Assembly (NCBI GenBank): GCA_964016885.1
Contig: OZ024741.1
Coordinates: 91,202,001 to 91,266,000, forward strand
DNA from: Eledone cirrhosa
Taxonomy: Eukaryota
DNA: 64,000 nucleotides
Direction of reading: 5' to 3'
The notes under the pieces were generated by a model, which saw nothing but the letters and a program-made list of their open reading frames with translations, was not told the origin of the DNA and did not search any database. Shown piece after piece: positions 53,920 through 64,000 of this stretch; the stretch's first letter is position 1, and each line of letters opens with the position of its first letter. The position numbers and the translations under genes were made by a program.

Positions 53920-55253
53920 CTACATTTTAAATTTATATTTATATTTAAAAGTTGAGTTCAATCTATGTCTGCAGCAACTGAATAAATTTGTCCGTAAATT
54001 AAGGGAATTTTTAGATTTTAGTATAAAGAATATCTCCTCCGCGCAGAGGTCACATGTCTCAGAGGATGAATTAAAAGGAATCCCTCTTGAGACTATATTC
54101 CAAGCCGTCGAATATCCAACGTTATCATGCTTAAGTTGCCAGAGTAAGCCTGATAGTGATGTTGAAGATTTTTTGCTTGGATCTGTGAAAGAATTCTTGT
54201 GGTTATTATAGCGAAGTTTAAATTCTGTCGAGGTGGAACCAACATAGTTAAAAGAATTTAAGTCCGTTTTAACATTACAGTTGTATATTATATTTTTAAC
54301 TAAGTAATTGTTATTTAACGGACATTTAGATCTATCTCTACAGTTACATTTGTTTACTTGGATATTATTTATGCTATTATCGGTATTTTGGCTAGGTTTT
54401 AAATTCCTATTATTTATTCTATTAATATTTTGTGCTAAATTTTTGGTGGATGAGTAAGTTAATTTTATAGTATGTCTATTGAAAATTGAGTGATACCTAT
54501 GTGTTCTAGGGAAGCGATTATCAAGAGCATTAAAAAATAGTTTAGCGATGTGGGTTTTAATGTTTAGTGAGAAAGGGGGGGGGGGGCAAACCATATTATA
54601 TTCCTAGTTCTATTTCTTTTTTGGCTTTTGGAATTATTGTAATGCTTTCTATTATAGTTGTTAAAGTTGTTGCCGTAATTAAAATTGTTGTTATTTTGGT
54701 TAGTTTGTCTATTATTATCTATGTACATAATTTTATCACTATATCCTGCTCTAGCTAACGCTTCATTGTAATACTGGGCTTTTTCGTCGAAAATCTTTTT
54801 ATTAGATGAGATTCTAGAGATACGTTTTTGAACAGAGTTTACTATAGTATTTTTAACAGATCTGGGGTGGTTAGAGTTAAAGCTGACATAGTTTAAGTTT
54901 TCATTCAACTTGTGAAATGGATAGTGAAGACATGTGTTGAGATTTAATGTTACATCTAGGAAATTGACTATTCTATGATTATTCTCAATTTCTATTTTTA
55001 GATTAAAGTAATTAAAAAATTGTGTAATTTGTTTTCTTTTTCTATTTAGTTCAGAGTTATTATTTTCAATAAGTAAAAGCATGTCATCTCTATATAAACC
55101 TCCGGTAGCACCGGGTATTTTCCTATGCAGCGAATTGATTATAAATAGGCCCACAAGGTCAGTTACCTGAGCTGAGTCGGATGATCCCATAGTAATGTCG
55201 AAATTGTTATCTCTATCTGCTCTGGTCCATAGTTGGTCATTAAATTCTATCAA
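53920..55253 (-). pseudogene. PLE RT C-terminal half + GIY-YIG, frameshift at the G-run 54575-54586
   Basis: Same motifs as 37640-38968. Confidence 0.9.
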
Positions 55254-55387
55254 TGTTTTCCTAGCCGATAATATTCTTTCTTTTTATAACTGTCCCTAAC
55301 ATTTTTCACTACCAAATCAACTTTTTAAATGGAAGTTGAAGTTGAAAGGTATGTCAAATCTATCTATTTATAAGACTGTTTATATTG

Positions 55388-55453
55388 TATTTTGTCTGAA
55401 GAAGGCATAACATATTTTTAATATGATATCCCTGAAATATATATAATGAAATA
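55388..55453 (+). ncRNA. Hammerhead
   Basis: TATTTTGT-CTGAAGA-AGGCATAACATAT-TTTTA-ATATGATATCCCT-GAAA-TATATA-TA-ATGAAATA. Confidence 0.8.
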
Positions 55454-56124
55454 AATATGGTTTTATAAATATAGTTTCCATTTATTTAATATCGTAAATA
55501 TACTCCAAATACTTGTTGAGTGCTTTTATATCAGTTAAATATTTACTCGTTGTAACCCAACAATTTAAATAAAACTTTGCATATATATATTCATGCATAT
55601 ATGTCTATGTCTATGAGTGCGTGCGTGTGTGTATGAGCATGTGCGTGTGTGTATGTGTGTAGAGAGAGAGGGATAGAGAAACAGAAATAATAGAAAGGAA
55701 AAAATAAAACAAGGTATAGAAGAAAGCAAACTGAAAGTAAGAATGAGAATGAGTAGGAATGGGAGAGAGAGAGAGAGAGAGAGAGAGAAGAGATAGAGAG
55801 AGTATCAAGGCGATAGAGTGAGAAAAATAGAGAGAAGTTTGTGTAATGTGTGAGCGTAAGGAAGAGAGGGAGGATGATAGTAAAACAACGCTGGAAGTGG
55901 TGGTTTGCAGGAAGATAATGTAAGTAGAGGAAACAGAGGTGATAGAAGAGAGGGTGAGAGAGAGAAAGAGAGAGAGGGGATAGGTGAGGGAAGAGGGAAA
56001 TGGGGAGTGTTATAGACGATATACATCCCCCCAACTTCCATATATAAACATATTTTCTATACATACGTACATACATTCACACACACACACACGCACACCC
56101 ACACATACGCACACATACACATGC

Positions 56125-56157
<33 letters not shown>

Positions 56158-56606
56158 CACATATATATGTGTGTATATATATATATATACACGTGGAGCC
56201 TGACTTAAAGCGAAGCAAGTAGTCAGTGGTTATCAGTTAAAGGGAACAAGTTAGACGGATTCTGAATCAAAAAGTGTGAGTGAGAGAAAGAGAAAAAGAA
56301 AGATTAATATAGATGGGTAGAGAGACAGGCGGATAGACAGACGAACAGAAAAAATAAGAGAAAGAAAGGAAGAACGTGAATTAGTTACTCACGTAAAGTA
56401 AAAAAGAAAAAAAAAGAAAAGAAACACTGAAAAACAACAGTTGATAACATACGTACGTGCGCACACACATACATATACATACATTTTTTTATAAACAAAC
56501 TTGTCAAAAATATTTAAAATCAACTGCGGAACATTTGTGATTGATTACTATACAATAAATACCGACGTGAGCACACTTTTATAGCTTCTCTCTCTCTATA
56601 TATATC

Positions 56607-56642
<36 letters not shown>

Positions 56643-56717
56643 TATATAAATATTGATATATAATTGAGGATATACATCAGTGATATTCGTTGGATTCATA
56701 GCTTGTTGTTTTAAGAA

Positions 56718-56912
56718 ATGGATGGAGAATCAAGGGATGCTGTAGTTGTTGAGAATGGTGAAAACCACCAAGAACCACTACCGCAATCACAACCTGCACC
56801 TCCGAAAATTAAGAGAGGCTTTATTCGTCTGAGGCGGGATGAGAATTGTGTACAGTGGGGGTTTCGAATCATAGGAGGCAACGATACAGGAATGCCTCTG
56901 CAAGTTATCAAG
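56718..56912 (+). CDS. First coding exon of a PDZ-domain protein (PDZ-LIM/Zasp-like N-terminal PDZ)
   Basis: MDGES...IRLRRDENCVQWGFRIIGGNDTGMPLQVIK, matching the WGFRLxGGxD..PL motif; phase-0 donor AAG|GTACGT at 56912/56913. Confidence 0.85.
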
Positions 56913-56985
56913 GTACGTACTCAGCTGTGCTATGTAATTTATATTCATTTTATACACACACGAGCGTGTATATATATATATATAT

Positions 56986-57185
56986 NNNNNNNNNNNNNNN
57001 NNNNNNNNNNNNNNNNNNNNNNNNNNNNNNNNNNNNNNNNNNNNNNNNNNNNNNNNNNNNNNNNNNNNNNNNNNNNNNNNNNNNNNNNNNNNNNNNNNNN
57101 NNNNNNNNNNNNNNNNNNNNNNNNNNNNNNNNNNNNNNNNNNNNNNNNNNNNNNNNNNNNNNNNNNNNNNNNNNNNNNNNNNNNN
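56986..57185. other. Assembly gap (200 N)
   Basis: N run. Confidence 1.
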
Positions 57186-60052
<2,867 letters not shown>

Positions 60053-60180
60053 ACACTTAACACAAGCCTGTGTGATCTAAAAGAGAATTCACTGGACTAT
60101 CATACTACCATAATAAGGGAAAGCGGACGTTAAAACGACAATGATGTCGAAGCAGTCGTAGTCACACCATGTCCAAATAT

Positions 60181-60392
60181 TGCTTTCTGATTTAGGCACA
60201 AGGCCAACATTTTTTTTTGGGGGGGGGGAGTCGATCAAGTCAAACCCAGTGCATTACTGGTACTATATTTTATCGACCGCGTAAGGATGAAAGGCGAAGC
60301 TAACCTTGGCAGGATTTGAACTCAGATCGTATAGGGGCGTAACCGTATGCCATAACGCATGTTGTTCGACGCTCTACCGATACTGCCAATTC
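60181..60392 (-). mobile_element. tRNA-derived SINE
   Basis: A/B boxes and core. Confidence 0.8.
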
Positions 60393-63300
60393 AAATATTG
60401 ACATTCATTTGTGACATAAGAAATTATCGAGTTTCTAGCATCGTTTACTCAAGAAAGTGATTTTACTGTATAGAATGTCTTGCCTTAAATATGTTAAACC
60501 CAACTGTCTCTCAACGCCTACACTTATTCTAGGAAATACATTCTCTGTGTTTTGTCCATAGAATTAATTTCTCAAATATTTTGTATCGACTAGCATAAAG
60601 TTTGTAGTTACCACATCCGTGTTCAACTCTTGACATTCTGTACCACATGAAACCATATTAGCATGACATTCTTGAAAAATATAAAACAGCACTATGGCAG
60701 TATTAAATTAGAAATTAAAGTTTTTACTGTAATATTGCAAATGTTTACAATCATCTACTTAGTAGTAAAAATACTAGAAATATTTGAATTAACAATCCTG
60801 TTTTTATACATTTTCTGTTGAATCATTGCAAGATGTTAAGAGTTAAGAGGTGTTTATGGTTTTCTGATGAAACCATTTAAATTAACTTATATCGCAAATG
60901 ACAGAATCTGGACTACAACAGCGCCACATTTTCCCTACTATTTGTGAATATTCTCAGGAAAACACTGTGGTCAGTATAATTGACTCTCCTATTCCCACAA
61001 GTTGCTAGCTTTGTACCTAAATTAGAAATTATTAATTTATATATTTCTTATATATGTTTAAAGACATAACAAGGCTAATGCATTTTAGTGGAGCGGTATA
61101 GCTAATTGAATTGATACCGGTATATTACAGGTGTATGTTTTTAAAACTCTCATTTTATCCCTTTCGTCAAGTGGTATGAAAAATCGAAGTTTATTTGAAA
61201 TCAACTGAAATTAAGACGTTCACGGACGAAACGAAGTAGTGTACAGCATTTAGTCTTAATTTCCTGTGACTCTGTCAATTTACTATTGTTGAAAACTGTT
61301 CAAATTGCATAAAGCTGTATTGCATTGTTAGGAATAGACCAGCTCTCAAATCAGAGAGCCAATTTCAATTTCATGTTGAAACTAAAACATTTTGGTTGTA
61401 GACTTAAGCGTCACCTGTTTTAACAACTACCACCTGAGTTTTGGGTGTCATTTTACGGATTCCATCTGTTACAAATATTCAAGCCAGGCTCTGGATTAAG
61501 TATAACTTCGTTCCTTTTCTCTCACCGATTTCGGAGGTCTTGACTAAACAGTAGAACATAAAAAAAAGATCTTTTAACTTATGTCACCAATGATTCAGAG
61601 AAGGCACAATGATACACAATTCCATTCCCTTTTTCTAGAAATTTATTGAACCTTGTGGTTTAAGAAAGAAATCTATGTTACCAGAACATTTTTATTTATT
61701 GCTTCCCAGCCTTGCATTTACTATATTAATGATAACAGTAATAATAATTTGTTAATTGTGTATAAACTTCGAAAGACTACAGAAAGCAGAAATATTTGCT
61801 GTATTTGAAATATTTATTTCGTTTATTTTCTTTTCCAATTTCCCTGAATTTTTACTAAATTTTCTAATAAATCTAAACCCAAACCCCTTCTTTTTGGGGG
61901 AAAAACTGTGTTTATTTATTTTAGTACAATTTTTTCAGTGCCCCCACTCTCTTCAAAAGAAAAGAATATGTACATCAACGATCTATTTTAAAAGCCACGG
62001 CACTGGGAATCAGATTCATGTTTTAGTCGATCATATTGACTCCAGTATTCATTTCTCCCTGTTAGCTATATCATCAGTCTAGTTTCATAAATGACATCCT
62101 AATCATATCAAATCAGATTTCAATTATAGAATCTGTTTTGTATGAATCTCTAGTCCAATTAGGAGCTACATTGTATGGCTTTGTTCTTATGGGGTTCGGT
62201 TCGTGATCGTAAAATCGTGAGTTCCTGGTCTAACGGCGCATTTAATCCTTAAGCAAGGCATTTGCCAATGTATCGCGCTGACTCTCCCTGATAATTGCGT
62301 TATCTTAGGAATACTCACCCACTTGTACATTAATTTCATGATCAAGCAGTTCTGTTATTCAAACAACTGGAACACTCGTCGTCAATATCGACGGAGGTTC
62401 AATACATGATGCAGATAATTAGAAGTAGCGCAACTCACCGTGTTGAAATCTCGTATTTCGTATACTATCTTTAGAACTATCAGCACATTTTTGACATCCT
62501 CAGATATTTACGACATCATTTATCGAAATACCAAGAGAATTTTCGAGTCGTAAACTGACATGGCTTTTGACGTTGTTATTTATTTGGTTTTCTACTTGTG
62601 TTGGTTCTCACTAATTTTACTCTCTACCCCGTTCATTCCTACATAATGTCATCAACGAATGTATGAAGCTTGACGACTGTATAACTAGTATTAAATATAA
62701 AAAAAATTTACGATCGTCACTCGAAATCCAATATGACTTGATAGTATGTACTATGCAGACATATGATTTGATAGTATGTACCGAGCAGACACAGACACCC
62801 TCTCGACTCTCGGTGGCCGCAGTTCAAATACTGTGACTAGTAAAAGTATTAACCCTTTTAAAACGAAACCGCCTGAAAACACCAATTGTCTTACAACGGA
62901 AAGCTGTTTGTTTTAACGTATTTATATTTATCTAAATATTTCCCAACATAAATTTATGCAAGAACCTTTATTAAGTTATGTTCCTAACTCTACCTTAATA
63001 ATGGTAGAGTCAGTTATATTAATAAATCTTTCCAGATTCTTGATTATTTTAAAAATGATTTCAAATAATTGGTATCGACCATATCATTCCTTACCCCCAT
63101 CAATCGGTATCGGGTCCGTTTGTCAATTAATCGGTACTCGATAATCAGACAATTTTCTTATTTGTGCAACCCTAATCTTAATTCACTGCGTTGTTAAATT
63201 CACAGATGCAAACTGCAAACAAAATGATGAAAGATTTGGGTCAGTACAAAGAGTGATAAATACAAATACTACCATGCTTGACTACAATACGTATCGGTTA

Positions 63301-63459
63301 AACGTAGGTATAGAAGGCTCCCTAGCTCTTGAGAGGGTCGTAAGGGCGCCGTATTGACATACAGCGTTTCTAGTGCATTTTAAAGCCTGACAGAGCCCAT
63401 TTCCTCTCTAGGTCTGAATACAACATATTTCTTCCAAAGGACAGAGAGTGAGAGAACGG

Positions 63460-63990
63460 AATGGATGAAAGGCAAAGTTGACCTCGGTGGGATTTGAATT
63501 CAGAGAGCAGAGAGCCGAAACGAATACCGCAAACCATTTTATTCCACGTTCTAATGACTGCCTATTCACCACCTACACCAGTTAAGTATTCAGTAGCAAA
63601 CTAATGTTATCGGAAAAAATAATTCATAAAATTAAAAGGCATTGGGGGCTGCAACAGTTTTTACATTGCAAACCTTTAGTCTCTAACTATGTGAATTGAA
63701 TTAAAGGGAAGGCTCTTAATTCCCGATGGAGTCGTAGTGACGCCATCCGGATACATGAGGTGTCATGGACATTTAAAATCTGACGGAGCCCATCCTTCTC
63801 CAGGTTGGACAGAACACAGCCGATTTCTTCCAACGAGAGAAAAAGGGATGGGTTTGGGAGTATTGATTCCAGTACTGGACTGGTACTTTATCAAAATCGA
63901 AAGGATGAAAGGTAAAGTTGATCTTGGTGGGATTTGAACTTAGGCCCAATGAGCAGTAACAAATATCTAGGTATTTCTTATCCGACATCT
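63460..63990 (-). mobile_element. Two diverged SINE fragments (63460-63570, 63870-63990)
   Basis: GGATGAAAGG.AAAGTTGA.CT.GGTGGGATTTGAA. Confidence 0.7.
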
Positions 63991-64000
63991 CAACAAACCC

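Larger units (their letters stand above)
52474..55581 (-). mobile_element. 5'-truncated Hydra-type PLE (copy B) with inverted pseudo-LTR
   Basis: 52474-52690 is inverted at 55277-55495, then a tail to 55581; RT-GIY-YIG 53920-55270. Confidence 0.93.

Noticed and set aside
60864-60880. CTGATGAAAC
   Set aside because: No room for stem II and no stem I/III
60400-63400. Second exon of the PDZ gene
   Set aside because: No continuation such as VTPGS/AxxxGL found in the ORF track or by eye; it is probably beyond the window

Overview
AT-rich, microsatellite-dense eukaryotic DNA. The SINE type and the (TA)n/(CA)n/(CATA)n load point to a cephalopod, most likely Octopus; this is an inference. Bases 1-56,000 are almost entirely nested mobile DNA: Penelope-like retroelements (PLEs, RT plus C-terminal GIY-YIG) of two clades, a non-autonomous tRNA-Trp-primed LTR element, a Helitron remnant, Merlin-like and hAT-like MITEs, RTE/CRE/CR1 LINE fragments and many tRNA-derived SINEs. 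The only recognisable host gene is the first coding exon of a PDZ (PDZ-LIM/Zasp-like) protein at 56718-56912, followed by an assembly gap and about 2.9 kb of (TA)n. The main signal is RNA-level and invisible in the ORF track. By eye I count about 25 intact or near-intact type I hammerhead ribozyme (HHR) motifs from more than 10 unrelated sequence families. They occur in three settings: (i) PLE pseudo-LTRs; (ii) non-coding tandem units of about 294, 444, 546 and 704 nt that look like retrozymes; (iii) non-coding foldback elements with an HHR on each strand and a recurring long-arm/short-arm asymmetry, which suggests two-ended priming into (TA)n. All folds were read by eye; none was computed or tested.
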